DNA of 64,000 bases from an uncultured Desulfobacter sp. (GCA_963665095.1 OY762069.1:256001-320000), one strand, 5' to 3'; counted from the first letter of the stretch, positions 28,706-38,748 are shown. The notes: generated from the letters alone by a model not told the origin. Translations and numbers: made by a program.

Positions 28706-28845
28706 TGTTTGAACGGAAAAGCACCCACCTGCGGCGTTGTTGAGCAAAGCTGCCAAATCATGAAATCGGGCCTCACGTACTAAAGCACGTTTGTGGTTTT
28801 CAGCTTTGCCTGGGCCTTGCATCCGGGCAACTTTGCGCCCAAACA
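28706..28845. repeat. About 140-bp intergenic imperfect palindrome (MITE/REP-like long hairpin)
   Basis: The ends TGTTTGAACGGAAAAGCACCC and GGGCAACTTTGCGCCCAAACA are imperfect inverted repeats; the inner arms GCAAAGCTG and CAGCTTTGC also pair. Confidence 0.6.
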
Positions 28846-28909
28846 GGTGGCCGTTTTGACGCGATAAAGCGGCAATTTGGAATCGGAAAATATAGAAAGG
28901 ATTGTATTT

Positions 28910-30262
28910 ATGTACCCGGCAGTTTTGATTGTTGACGACGAATCCACCATCATTGATTCCCTTGAAGGTATTCTTTCAGATGACGGATTTGAAGTTATTC
29001 ATGCATACAACGGATACGAAGCATTAAAAAAGATAGACTCCCATTCCCCTGACATTGTGCTGTTGGATATCTGGATGCCGGGCATGGACGGGATTGATAC
29101 TTTAAGGGAGATTAAAAAAAATCATCCCAGCCTGCCCGTGGTCATGATTACGGGGCATGGATCCATTGAGTCTGCCGTGGATGCCACCAAGTCAGGCGCC
29201 TTTGATTTCCTTGAAAAGCCGTTGTCCATTGATAAGGTCATGGTCACCATCAACAATGCCTTGAACTTCAGAAAGCTTGAGGAGGAGAATCTATATCTGC
29301 GTAAAAAGACCATTGAGAAAAATTCCATCACCGGAACCAGTCCGGCGGTTCAGAAACTTTACAGCGAGATCATGGCTGCGGCCCCGGCAGATGCTTCTAT
29401 TCTGATTACCGGTGAAAACGGCACCGGCAAGGAGATGGTGGCCCGGACGATTCATCAGTTCTCCAAACGGCCCGAAGGTCCCTTTATTATCATCAATTGT
29501 GCCGCCATCCCTGAAGACCATCTGGAATCTGAGCTGTTTGGCCATGAAAAAGGCGCCTTTGAAGGGGCTGTGGCTAAAAACAGGGGTAAGTTTGAACTGG
29601 CTTCAGGCGGTACGCTGTTTCTGGATGAAATCGGTGATATGAGCATCAGCACCCAGGCCAAAATGCTGCGTGCCCTTGAGTCCAGGACTTTTCAGCGAAT
29701 CGGCTCCAGCCGAACCCTTCATATGGATGTCCGCCTGATCACCTCGTCCAACAAAGACCTTGAAACTGAAATCAAAGCGGGCCGGTTTCGGGAGGATCTG
29801 TTTTTCAGGCTTAATGTCATTCCTATCCATGTCCCTGCATTACGGGAGAGAAGAGAGGATATTCCTATTTTAGTGGACTGCTTTCTGGATAAACTGGCTG
29901 ATAAATCATCAGCTCCTAAGAAGCGTTTATCCAAAGAGGCCCTTGACCTTTTGTGCCAGTGGCACTGGAAAGGTAATGTCAGGGAGCTTAAAAATCTGAT
30001 GGAGCGTCTATCCATCATGGTGGAGGCAGATGTCATTGAAAAGGATGATATTCCCATGCCCTACAACGCTGATCTTGACACGGCACTGACTGAGGAGCAC
30101 AGCGGTTTTTTGTCCATTGAGAGCCTGGATGAGGCAAAAGATGCCTTTGAAAGAGAATTCATCAGATCAAGGGTGGACCAGATGGACGGTGACCTTAAAG
30201 CAGCAGCAAAACAGATGGGTGCCAGCCTTAACTTTATCAAGAAAAAAATTTCTAAAAACTGA
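28910..30262 (+). CDS. NtrX-like REC-AAA+ (sigma54-activator family) response regulator
   Basis: LLDIWMPGMDG, GENGTGKE, ESELFGHEKGAFEGA, LFLDEIGD, FREDLFFRLNV, WKGNVRELKN; GAAAGGA RBS. Confidence 0.93.
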   Translation: MYPAVLIVDDESTIIDSLEGILSDDGFEVIHAYNGYEALKKIDSHSPDIVLLDIWMPGMDGIDTLREIKKNHPSLPVVMITGHGSIESAVDATKSGAFDFLEKPLSIDKVMVTINNALNFRKLEEENLYLRKKTIEKNSITGTSPAVQKLYSEIMAAAPADASILITGENGTGKEMVARTIHQFSKRPEGPFIIINCAAIPEDHLESELFGHEKGAFEGAVAKNRGKFELASGGTLFLDEIGDMSISTQAKMLRALESRTFQRIGSSRTLHMDVRLITSSNKDLETEIKAGRFREDLFFRLNVIPIHVPALRERREDIPILVDCFLDKLADKSSAPKKRLSKEALDLLCQWHWKGNVRELKNLMERLSIMVEADVIEKDDIPMPYNADLDTALTEEHSGFLSIESLDEAKDAFEREFIRSRVDQMDGDLKAAAKQMGASLNFIKKKISKN

Positions 30263-30816
30263 TGCGGATTATCAGTGGAACCTGCCGGGGCCGGAAACTG
30301 GTGCAGATTCAGGGCCGAGATATCCGGCCTACTTCCGACAGGGTCAGAGAAGCCCTGTTTAACATCATTGGGCCTGCTATCAGGGGGACCCGGGTGCTTG
30401 ATCTGTTTGCCGGAACCGGGGCCTTCGGGCTTGAGGCTGTCAGTCGCGGGGCGAAACAGGCTGTGTTTGTAGATGCGGCCGCCTCCTCCTGCCAGGTGAT
30501 TAAGAAAAATATTGAACTGTGCCGGATGGATATACAGACACAAGTTGTCCGTCACGATCTGATTCTGGCCCCTCTGCCTGAATTGTGTGGTCCCTTTGAT
30601 TTTGTTTTCATGGATCCCCCATATTACAAAGAGTATCCTGGCGCAGTGCTTGGACAGCCCGGGTTCTGCAGCCTCTTAGCCCCCGGCAGCATTGTTATTG
30701 TAGAGCACGCTTCTAAAGAAACCCTAACTATTCCTGGAAACAGTCTTGACAAATACCTTCAAAAAAAATACTCAAAGACAACTCTTACATTTTTGCGGGA
30801 AGCCGCCACAGACTAA
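30262..30816 (+). CDS. rsmD: 16S rRNA m2G966 methyltransferase
   Basis: MRIISG, RPTSDRVREALFN, LDLFAGTG, DPPY. Confidence 0.94.
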   Translation: MRIISGTCRGRKLVQIQGRDIRPTSDRVREALFNIIGPAIRGTRVLDLFAGTGAFGLEAVSRGAKQAVFVDAAASSCQVIKKNIELCRMDIQTQVVRHDLILAPLPELCGPFDFVFMDPPYYKEYPGAVLGQPGFCSLLAPGSIVIVEHASKETLTIPGNSLDKYLQKKYSKTTLTFLREAATD

Positions 30817-30825
30817 AGGATGCGT

Positions 30826-31359
30826 ATGACTGACCCAAAATGGAAAATTGCGATCTACCCCGGCTCCTTCGACCCCCTGACCTGCGGGCATCTTGACGTC
30901 ATTAGACGGGCACAGGATATTTTTGACCATGTCATTGTGGCCGTTCTTCACAACCCGAATAAAAATGCACTGTTCTCTCCAGCGGAACGGATCTCCATGA
31001 TCAATGACAGTCTTGACGACGACTCACTGGTCAAGGTGGATAAATCCCGCATTGAGGTGGACACTTTTGACGGGCTTTTAGTGGAATATGCCAAAATGAA
31101 AAACGCAGTGGCTGTCATCAGAGGTATGCGGGCTATTTCCGATTTTGAAAATGAATTCCAGATGGCCCTGATGAACCGAAAACTCAATAAAGAGGTGCAA
31201 TCGGTGTTTCTGATGACCGGCATGCGGTGGATTTTTACTTCATCGTCCATCATCAAGGAGGCAGCCCGGTTTGGCGGGGATGTTTCCGATATGGTGCCCA
31301 AGCCTGTGGACCGCTGTTTAAAGAAGAAGTTTTCAAAACAGGGTCTTACAGTAACTTGA
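30826..31359 (+). CDS. coaD: Pantetheine-phosphate adenylyltransferase
   Basis: YPGSFDPLTCGH, IRGMRAISDFE, SSSIIKE. Confidence 0.96.
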   Translation: MTDPKWKIAIYPGSFDPLTCGHLDVIRRAQDIFDHVIVAVLHNPNKNALFSPAERISMINDSLDDDSLVKVDKSRIEVDTFDGLLVEYAKMKNAVAVIRGMRAISDFENEFQMALMNRKLNKEVQSVFLMTGMRWIFTSSSIIKEAARFGGDVSDMVPKPVDRCLKKKFSKQGLTVT

Positions 31360-31461
31360 GGCCCGCCTGATTTTATATCCAGGTACAACCCATAACCAGG
31401 ATGAAAGATGCCGGCAGATAGCCGGGAACTTTTATTATATTATAGATAAGGAAGGTTAGAC

Positions 31462-32358
31462 GTGGATCTGTGGCAGCTTCATATATTTGTTTCCGTGGTG
31501 GAGCAGAAAAGTTTTTCCCGGGCATCGGAGCAGATTCATCTGTCCCAGCCCACTGTGTCCACCCATATCAAGGAACTGGAAGCCCATTTCCAATGCCGTC
31601 TTTTGGACCGGTTAGGCAAGGTGACCGAACCTACCCGGGCTGGTGAGCTTCTGTACGATTATGCCAAACGGATGCTGGCGCTGAAGCAGGAAACCCAGTC
31701 CGCCATGCTGGATTTTCTGGGCCATACCAAAGGTCAGCTCATTCTTGGCGGATCATCCATTCCGGCAGGGTACATCCTTCCTAAAATGATGGGGGGGTTT
31801 AAAGATGCGTTCCCGGATGTATCCATACTTCTGAATGTCGGGGATACCGGCCAGATCACCCAGGCGGTCAAACACGGAGAACTGGAACTCGGCGTTGTCG
31901 GGGCAAAGTCAGATGACCCCGATATTGTTCAGGAAAAACTGGTTGGCGATGAGATGAAGCTGGTTGTGCCGGCAGGACACGAGTGGGCCCGTAAAACCGG
32001 TGTGACCTGCAAGCAGTTTTTATCCCAGCCCTATATTGCCAGAGAACAGGGGTCCGGAACCTGGAAGACTATCCTTGCCAGCATGGAAAAAGCAGGCGTT
32101 GACGTGTCCCGGCTTGAGCCGGCCGTCACCATGGGTAATTCCGTGTCCGTAATTCAGGGTATTTTAAACAATGTGGGGATTTCCATTCTCTCCACCATTG
32201 CAGTGGCTGATGAACTGGCCAGCGGACGGCTTGTTGCCCTGAGTGTGACAGATCTTGATCTTTCCAGGAGTTTTTACCTGACGCTATCCCGGAAAAGAAC
32301 GCGGTCCCCCATATGTGAAAAATTCATTGAGTTTGCCCGGCTGGTCTCTTTGCCCTGA
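31462..32358 (+). CDS. LysR-family transcriptional regulator (CysL-like)
   Basis: SFSRAS...LSQPTVSTHIKELE HTH; REQGSGT in the substrate domain. Confidence 0.93.
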   Translation: MDLWQLHIFVSVVEQKSFSRASEQIHLSQPTVSTHIKELEAHFQCRLLDRLGKVTEPTRAGELLYDYAKRMLALKQETQSAMLDFLGHTKGQLILGGSSIPAGYILPKMMGGFKDAFPDVSILLNVGDTGQITQAVKHGELELGVVGAKSDDPDIVQEKLVGDEMKLVVPAGHEWARKTGVTCKQFLSQPYIAREQGSGTWKTILASMEKAGVDVSRLEPAVTMGNSVSVIQGILNNVGISILSTIAVADELASGRLVALSVTDLDLSRSFYLTLSRKRTRSPICEKFIEFARLVSLP

Positions 32359-32533
32359 TTTTGGTTTTGGCGTCAGGCAGGGGACAACACCGCCGGTTGA
32401 ATTGATTACATTGCAGTAATGCAGCAGAACATGGCGGCGCACCGCGTTGGGACGCATTATCCGGCCCGACCGGCCCTGATTAAAATTCAGTCGAGAACCC
32501 ATTCTGAATCCAGGGCCGGCACATGCCGATCTT

Positions 32534-33256
32534 TTATTCGTTTACAAACAGATTTAACGCATCAATGAATTCCGGATCTTCTTCATCAATCACCCGGATC
32601 AGCTCCTTGTGAATCCGCTTTTTTAGTTCCTGGAAAATTCCCCGCTTTTTATCAAACCCTTGTGCAAAGGCACGGGCATCCCTCATCAGTTCCTCCTGAT
32701 TTTCGCTTGCCTTGACAAGGACATTGGCCTGTTCCAGGGCATCGGCCGTCATCCGCTGGCCGGACAGCAGCATATAATTGAACTGGTATTCAGGCACTGC
32801 CTTGCGTACAAAGCCGATCATGCCGGGCAGGAAGGGAATGCTCACATCCACTTCAGGAAAGCAGAAAAATCCTCTGTCTTTTTTCATGAGCCGGAAATCG
32901 CAGGCGCATGATATAATTGCGCCGTTGCCAAAGGCGTGTCCGTTAATGGCGGCAATCACCGGCACCGGAAAGAGCAGCAGTCGTTTAAATACATTGTTCA
33001 TGCCGTACATGAAATTAATAACTGCCTGGTTTTCCTTTGCGGCAAGCTTTCCGCCGATCCACTCCACATCAATCCCCTGTGAAAAATTTTTATCATCTGT
33101 AGAGGTCAGAATGACGGATTTTACCTCTGTATCCGCTTCCACCTGGTCCAGAACAAGATTCAAATCCCGGGCAAACACTTCGTTCATCCGGTTGGGACCA
33201 TTACACATTTCAACCACAGCCACAGCGCTTTCTTTTTTCCATTGAACAACAGCCAT
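32534..33256 (-). CDS. Enoyl-CoA hydratase/isomerase (delta-isomerase-like)
   Basis: FSQGID, IAAINGHAFGNG, CDFR, PEV. Confidence 0.9.
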   Translation of the reverse strand: MAVVQWKKESAVAVVEMCNGPNRMNEVFARDLNLVLDQVEADTEVKSVILTSTDDKNFSQGIDVEWIGGKLAAKENQAVINFMYGMNNVFKRLLLFPVPVIAAINGHAFGNGAIISCACDFRLMKKDRGFFCFPEVDVSIPFLPGMIGFVRKAVPEYQFNYMLLSGQRMTADALEQANVLVKASENQEELMRDARAFAQGFDKKRGIFQELKKRIHKELIRVIDEEDPEFIDALNLFVNE

Positions 33257-33425
33257 AATGTTGTACTCCTATTTATTAAAAAAACAGAACAATATCCTGG
33301 GGAAGATAAATTAAATCACCCTGTATTTCAAGGGGCTAAAACTTCATTGACAAGCTTTGCGATTTCTGAGAAGCTTTCCAGACACCGTATAAAGCGGTTC
33401 AATTCATAATGCCAAGGAAGACGCC

Positions 33426-35120
33426 ATGATTTTAGGATTAGATGTCGGTGGCACACACACGGATGCTGTACTTCTGAGCAGCAAAGGTGTTCAAAAACGA
33501 GTAAAAGTTCCCACTCAACCGGACAATTTATTTAAAAGCGTGCTTTCAGGCTTTACTCTGCTTCTGGAGGATGTTGATCCGGGTCAGGTTGAGCGGGTGG
33601 TCATTTCAACCACTCTGACCACCAATGCCATTGTCCAGCAGACTGTAACACCGGTGGGGATGATCGTATCGGCCGGTCCCGGCATTGACCCTGAAAACTT
33701 CAGGACAGGGGAACACTACTATGCCGTGGGCGGATCCATCAACCACCGGGGCCGTGAGAAAGAAGCGGTCAATGAGATGGAAATTGAGGACATCGGCAAA
33801 AAGCTGAAGAAAGCCGGTATTGAATATGTGGGCGTGGTCAGTAAATTCTGCGTTAGAAACCCATCCCATGAAATCCTGATCAGACGGATTTTAAATAAGC
33901 AGTTTAAAAATATTTTCCTGGGCCACCATGTCTCAGGGAACTTAAATTTTCCGCGCCGGATTGCCACCACCCACCTGAACGCGGCTGTTTTTTCCCTTCA
34001 TAAGGATTTCTTTGAGGCGGTGGAACAGTCCCTTGAGGAAAAAGGCCTGACCGTTCCCATCCAGATCCTCAAGGCAGACGGGGGCACCATGTCCCTGGAA
34101 GCCTCCATGAGCTTTCCGGCCCAGACAGTACTCTCCGGCCCAGCAGCCAGCATCATGGGCGCTATTCCCTATGCCCCTGAAGGCCAGGATGCAGTGGTCC
34201 TTGATATTGGCGGCACCACCACGGATATCGCCTTTCTGGTGGATAAGACCCCGTTGCTGGAACCCGTGGGTATTCAACGGGGGCGCTATAAGAGTCTGAT
34301 TCGCTCCCTGCGCACCGATTCCAAGGGGATCGGGGGGGATTCCGCCCTGCGGGTAAATGACGAGGGCAAGCTCACTGTGGGACCGGACCGTATGGGGCCG
34401 GCCATGGCCTTTGGCGGGCCAGTCCCCACCCCCACCGATGCCCTGGTGGCACTGGGGTTGATGAATGAGGGGGATAGGGAAAAAGCCCGGCAGGGGATCA
34501 GTGCCATTGCTGAGAAACTGGAAATGGACGAAGCTGGAGCAGCCGAGCATATATTTAAGATCTGCTGTAATATCATTTTGAAGAAAACCTTCGAGATGAT
34601 TGACACGCTTAATTCCCAGCCGGTGTATACGGTGCATGATTTTCTTGAGGGATATACATTCAGCCCGGACAAAATATTGCTTATGGGCGGACCGGCGGGA
34701 TTTTTTGCTGAAAAAATTCAGGATATGTACCAGCTTGAAACCATTGCAGTGCCTGATGCTGCCGTTGCAAATGCCATTGGCGCGGCCCTGGCCCGGACAA
34801 CCTGCGAGGTGACCCTGAATGCCGATACAGAGCAGGGGATTGTCACGGCCCATGAAGAGGATTTTGCAGAACCTGTATCCAAATCCTTTTCCAAGGATGA
34901 CCTGATTGAAACCGCCTTAAGCCTTCTTAAAGACAAGGCGGAAAACGCAGGTGCGGATACTGACAACCTCGACGAAGTGGAGGTGGTGGAGTTTCAGGAA
35001 TTCAATATTGTGCGCAATTTTTCACCCAAAGGGAAAATTCTGCGGACAAAAATGCAGCTTAAACCCGGCCTGATTCAGGGGTATGAATCAGTACTCAAAC
35101 TGCAGGCACAAGAAAATTAA
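33426..35120 (+). CDS. Hydantoinase/oxoprolinase A-family ATPase
   Basis: GLDVGGTHTD, STTLTTN, SGPAAS, DIGGTTTD, IGGDS, PTPTDA, ANAIGAA. Confidence 0.9.
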   Translation: MILGLDVGGTHTDAVLLSSKGVQKRVKVPTQPDNLFKSVLSGFTLLLEDVDPGQVERVVISTTLTTNAIVQQTVTPVGMIVSAGPGIDPENFRTGEHYYAVGGSINHRGREKEAVNEMEIEDIGKKLKKAGIEYVGVVSKFCVRNPSHEILIRRILNKQFKNIFLGHHVSGNLNFPRRIATTHLNAAVFSLHKDFFEAVEQSLEEKGLTVPIQILKADGGTMSLEASMSFPAQTVLSGPAASIMGAIPYAPEGQDAVVLDIGGTTTDIAFLVDKTPLLEPVGIQRGRYKSLIRSLRTDSKGIGGDSALRVNDEGKLTVGPDRMGPAMAFGGPVPTPTDALVALGLMNEGDREKARQGISAIAEKLEMDEAGAAEHIFKICCNIILKKTFEMIDTLNSQPVYTVHDFLEGYTFSPDKILLMGGPAGFFAEKIQDMYQLETIAVPDAAVANAIGAALARTTCEVTLNADTEQGIVTAHEEDFAEPVSKSFSKDDLIETALSLLKDKAENAGADTDNLDEVEVVEFQEFNIVRNFSPKGKILRTKMQLKPGLIQGYESVLKLQAQEN

Positions 35121-35130
35121 AGGGGATACC

Positions 35131-36441
35131 ATGTTACAAGCATCTCATAAAACCGGACTGGTCTTTTTTCCTGCATTTGACTGGGCCATTGATCCCACCC
35201 ATCCGGAACGGGAAGAGCGGCTGCTTTATACCCAGGACCAGGTGACTGAGGAGGGTGTCTTTGATATTCCCGGAATTGTGGAATATAAGCCTGACCTGGT
35301 GACTGCCGAAGACATTCGCAGGACCCATTTCTGCGTGCCTGACGAACCCAGTGTGACCACTGAATCCCATCTGATCTCTGCCGGGGGGGCCAAAGCCATT
35401 GCCAATGCCGTCATGAGAAAAGAGGTGAAAAACGGATTTGCCCTGGTCCGGCCACCGGGCCATCACTCCATGCGGGTCTCCCACGGGGGCAGGGGATTCT
35501 GTCATATCAACATTGAGGCGGTGATGGTGGAATACCTGCGGTCACAGTTTGGTGTCAAGCGCATTGCCGTCATTGACACGGACTGCCACCACGGAGACGG
35601 TACAAATGATATTTTCTGGCATGATCCGGATGTGCTGTTCATCTCTTTACACCAGGACGGACGGACCATGTATCCGGGCACAGGCTTCCCCGGTGAGCTT
35701 GGAGGCCCCAATGCCAAGGGGTCTAACCTGAATATCCCGTTGCCCCCGGGTACATCCACCAAAGGATATCTTTACGTAATTGAGCATTGTGTCCTCCCGG
35801 TGCTTGAGGCATTCAAGCCTGAGATCGTGGTGAACTCCGCCGGCCAGGACAACCACTACACAGACCCCTTGACCAACATGAATTTTTCAGCCCAGGGCTA
35901 TGCCAAACTGACCACGCTCCTAAAGCCCGACATTGCCGTGCTTGAGGGGGGGTACTCCATAGAAGGGGCGCTTCCCTATGTCAACCTGGGCATTATACTG
36001 GCCATGGCCGGCATTGACTATTCAGGCGTGGTGGAGCCGGATTACAATCCTGAAAAACTTAAACAGTCCGTCAGCATCACAGACAAGATCAAAAAGACCT
36101 GTGACCAGATCATGAATTACTGGGACCAGCGGTATGAGATGAGGGAATCGGCCGGGGAACCCGGTCAGATTCTGGTACGCCATCGCGAGGTCTTTTATGA
36201 TACAGACAACATTTTTGAGCGCCAGAAGGAAAAGGTGCGGGTATGCAGGGATTGTGGCGGCAGTTTTGAGGTGGATTCCAAGGCCTCTCCCGGGCACCAT
36301 ATTCTGGGTGTTCATATTCCTATCAATGCCTGTCCCGCCTGCAGGGAGAAGGGGTATGAGTTTTATGACCGGGCCGACAAAACCCGGTATGACCGGATCT
36401 ATCTACAGGACAGGACCAAGGACCTGTATGAGATTAAATAA
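35131..36441 (+). CDS. Zn-dependent histone-deacetylase-family protein with C-terminal Cys-rich extension
   Basis: RPPGHH, GFC, DTDCHHGDGT, SAGQD, LEGGY; CRDC...CPAC near the C-terminus; AGGGGA RBS. Confidence 0.9.
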   Translation: MLQASHKTGLVFFPAFDWAIDPTHPEREERLLYTQDQVTEEGVFDIPGIVEYKPDLVTAEDIRRTHFCVPDEPSVTTESHLISAGGAKAIANAVMRKEVKNGFALVRPPGHHSMRVSHGGRGFCHINIEAVMVEYLRSQFGVKRIAVIDTDCHHGDGTNDIFWHDPDVLFISLHQDGRTMYPGTGFPGELGGPNAKGSNLNIPLPPGTSTKGYLYVIEHCVLPVLEAFKPEIVVNSAGQDNHYTDPLTNMNFSAQGYAKLTTLLKPDIAVLEGGYSIEGALPYVNLGIILAMAGIDYSGVVEPDYNPEKLKQSVSITDKIKKTCDQIMNYWDQRYEMRESAGEPGQILVRHREVFYDTDNIFERQKEKVRVCRDCGGSFEVDSKASPGHHILGVHIPINACPACREKGYEFYDRADKTRYDRIYLQDRTKDLYEIK

Positions 36442-37360
36442 TAGGGAAGGGGGGTATGCCTTCCCTTGGGAAAACCTTAAAAAAAGAGCCCTTGTCATTG
36501 ATTTGACAAGGGATTTTTTTCGCAGTCTGGGATATCTTGAGGTGGAAACCCCGTTAAGGTGCCCGGTGGTAATCCCGGAAGCCCACATTGACCCGGTGAC
36601 ATCGGAAGAGGCATTTCTTCAGGCCTCACCGGAGCTGTGTATGAAACGGCTGCTGGCCGGGGGGGCAGAAAAAATTTTTCAGATCTGTAAATGCTTTCGC
36701 AAAGGTGAACGGGGAAGCCGGCACCTGCCGGAACTCTCCCTTCTGGAATGGTATGCCGTACACCAGACCTATGAAGACCTCATGGAACAGTGCCAGGGGC
36801 TTTTACGCCACATTGCTCCGGGTTTAGGCGCTCAGGAGCAAATCCTGTTCCAGGGAAACCATATAGACCTGTCCGGCCCCTTTGACAGGATTACCGTTTC
36901 TGAAGCGTTTGATCAATTTGCCGATTTGTCTTTGGATGCGGCGCTTGCAACCGGGAAGTTTGATGAAATCATAAGTTTCGATATCGAACCAAACCTGGGG
37001 CGTACCCGGCCCTGCTTTCTTTATGATTATCCTGTAGAGCTGGCGTCTCTGGCTGCGTCGCATCCTGAGAAAGACGGGGTGGCCCAGCGGTTTGAACTTT
37101 ATGTTGCCGGCATTGAACTGGCCAATGGTTTTACGGAACTGACCAATCCCGACATCCAGAAAGAGCGATTTAAGAAGGAAAACCAGATTCGTGTCCAACA
37201 GGGAAAGCCTGAGCTGCCCCTGCCTGAAAAATTTCTGTCCGATCTGTCCCGAATGCCGGATGCCGCCGGCATTGCCCTTGGCATGGATCGCCTGGTGATG
37301 CTGTTCTGTGATACCATAGATATTGGCAATGTTGTTGCCTTTACGCCTGAATCGCTTTGA
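36428..37360 (+). CDS. epmA: EF-P lysine aminoacylase (LysRS-like, catalytic domain only)
   Basis: LEVETP, LQASPELCMKRLL, FRKGE...RHLPE, RFELYVAGIELANGF, GIALGMDRL; no anticodon-binding domain; start uncertain. Confidence 0.9.
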   Translation: MRLNNREGGYAFPWENLKKRALVIDLTRDFFRSLGYLEVETPLRCPVVIPEAHIDPVTSEEAFLQASPELCMKRLLAGGAEKIFQICKCFRKGERGSRHLPELSLLEWYAVHQTYEDLMEQCQGLLRHIAPGLGAQEQILFQGNHIDLSGPFDRITVSEAFDQFADLSLDAALATGKFDEIISFDIEPNLGRTRPCFLYDYPVELASLAASHPEKDGVAQRFELYVAGIELANGFTELTNPDIQKERFKKENQIRVQQGKPELPLPEKFLSDLSRMPDAAGIALGMDRLVMLFCDTIDIGNVVAFTPESL

Positions 37361-37469
37361 TTCCGTGCCAAAAAATTAGGATGTTGGGATTAGCGTCTTC
37401 TATTAAGATACAAGGCCGGTATGCTGTGTGTGAATTAAAAATACCGGATAAATAATTTACAGGAGAATC

Positions 37470-38369
37470 ATGCTTCAGACTAAGTCCGGCTTTATTGGAA
37501 AAGACAGACGGTTAAGCATTCCAGGACAACTGCGCAAATTATGGCGTCTGGATCAGAATGATAACGATTTCGTCTAGGTCTTAAGTTTTGGTGATGCACT
37601 GTATGTGATACCGGATAAAACCTGGCAGGATATTGAAAAATCGCTTATGACGGCAACAGATGAGGCAACCAGTAAGATCCGGCGGTTGAGAATCGGAAGC
37701 GCCGTATATTGCCGGCTGGATAAACGGGGACGGGTCCGGATTCCTGCCGGCTTTTTAAAACGGGGAATGCTTAAGGCCGGATTAATCCGTTTTGGCTGGA
37801 AACAGGACATTCTGATGGTTTTTCCTTTGGAGACTTCGGCGTTATTTTCAGAATCGTTATACCCGGATTTCATTGAGTTAAGGCTGACGGCTTTATATGA
37901 TTATACCCGGCTGCTGACCCGCAACAGGGATCTTCTCATTCCCTTATTCGAGGATGGCCGGCAGCAGGAGTTGGCAGATCGGATCGCGACTCTTTTCAAT
38001 ATCGAAACTGACAGCTTATCCATCCAGATACTTGATGAGCAGGATCCGGATGTATCCGCAATCGCCTTAATCCGGCAAGACAGCCATTGTGAGTGTTTAT
38101 GGGTACGGTATGATCCTAAAACAAACAAGTTCCGGATTTCTGATATCTTTGATTTTATCGGAGTCGAGTTCCCTTTTGAGAATAGTCCACACACTTTTTT
38201 AAAGGATCAGCACTGCACGGTTCAGCCACCAGTCATGGCAGACTGGGACATTTTGGAATTCAAGCTGCCGCTATCGGTTTCGTATGCTGTCCCGGCATAT
38301 TTCCATGTCCAATTATGTGGCTTCAGCCAGCAGACCCAACTCAATGTGTCATTTCTATTTTCTTCTTGA
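37470..38369 (+). pseudogene. MraZ-like (SpoVT/AbrB-fold) protein with C-terminal extension, interrupted by an in-frame TAG at 37575-37577
   Basis: AGGAGA RBS + ATG 37470 gives MLQTKSGFIGKDRRLSIPGQLRK...FV*VLSFGDALYVIP...CRLDKRGRVRIP; both MraZ-type repeats are in frame across the stop. Confidence 0.65.
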
Positions 38370-38682
38370 CAATATTTCTGAAGAGCTGGAGCGCTTGACT
38401 GTACGCATATACAGTGAAAATAGCAGCAGTTATGAGAAAACGCTTCATCGCAACCGGGACGGTATGGCAGACGTACTTTCCTGTGTCAGGCGGAATCCGC
38501 CTCAAAAAGGGGAACCCTGCCGCGATTATGTGGAACGGCTTCAATCTCTGGTGGAAAATTACAGAACCATGACTGCAGCCGTTCTGGAAACGGAAAAGGG
38601 GGAAGAGTATGCCAGATTCTGGAACAGTGGCGCCAGGTCTGCCCGGAGCCTGATTGAGGCCCCTGAAGTGCCAATGGCGTAA
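38284..38682 (+). CDS. Hypothetical protein (possibly a frameshifted continuation of the upstream gene)
   Basis: ORF overlapping the end of the MraZ-like frame with no clear RBS and no recognisable motif. Confidence 0.35.
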   Translation: MLSRHISMSNYVASASRPNSMCHFYFLLDNISEELERLTVRIYSENSSSYEKTLHRNRDGMADVLSCVRRNPPQKGEPCRDYVERLQSLVENYRTMTAAVLETEKGEEYARFWNSGARSARSLIEAPEVPMA

Positions 38683-38748
38683 TCCCTTTGTAATATTGGC
38701 ATGTAATTTAGCCGCTGAACGGAAACCCGTGTTTGGACGGCTCGCAAG

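Noticed and set aside
36197..36427. Long N-terminal extension of EpmA in the ORF track
   Set aside because: It lies inside the HDAC gene in another frame; EpmA similarity starts after about 36428.
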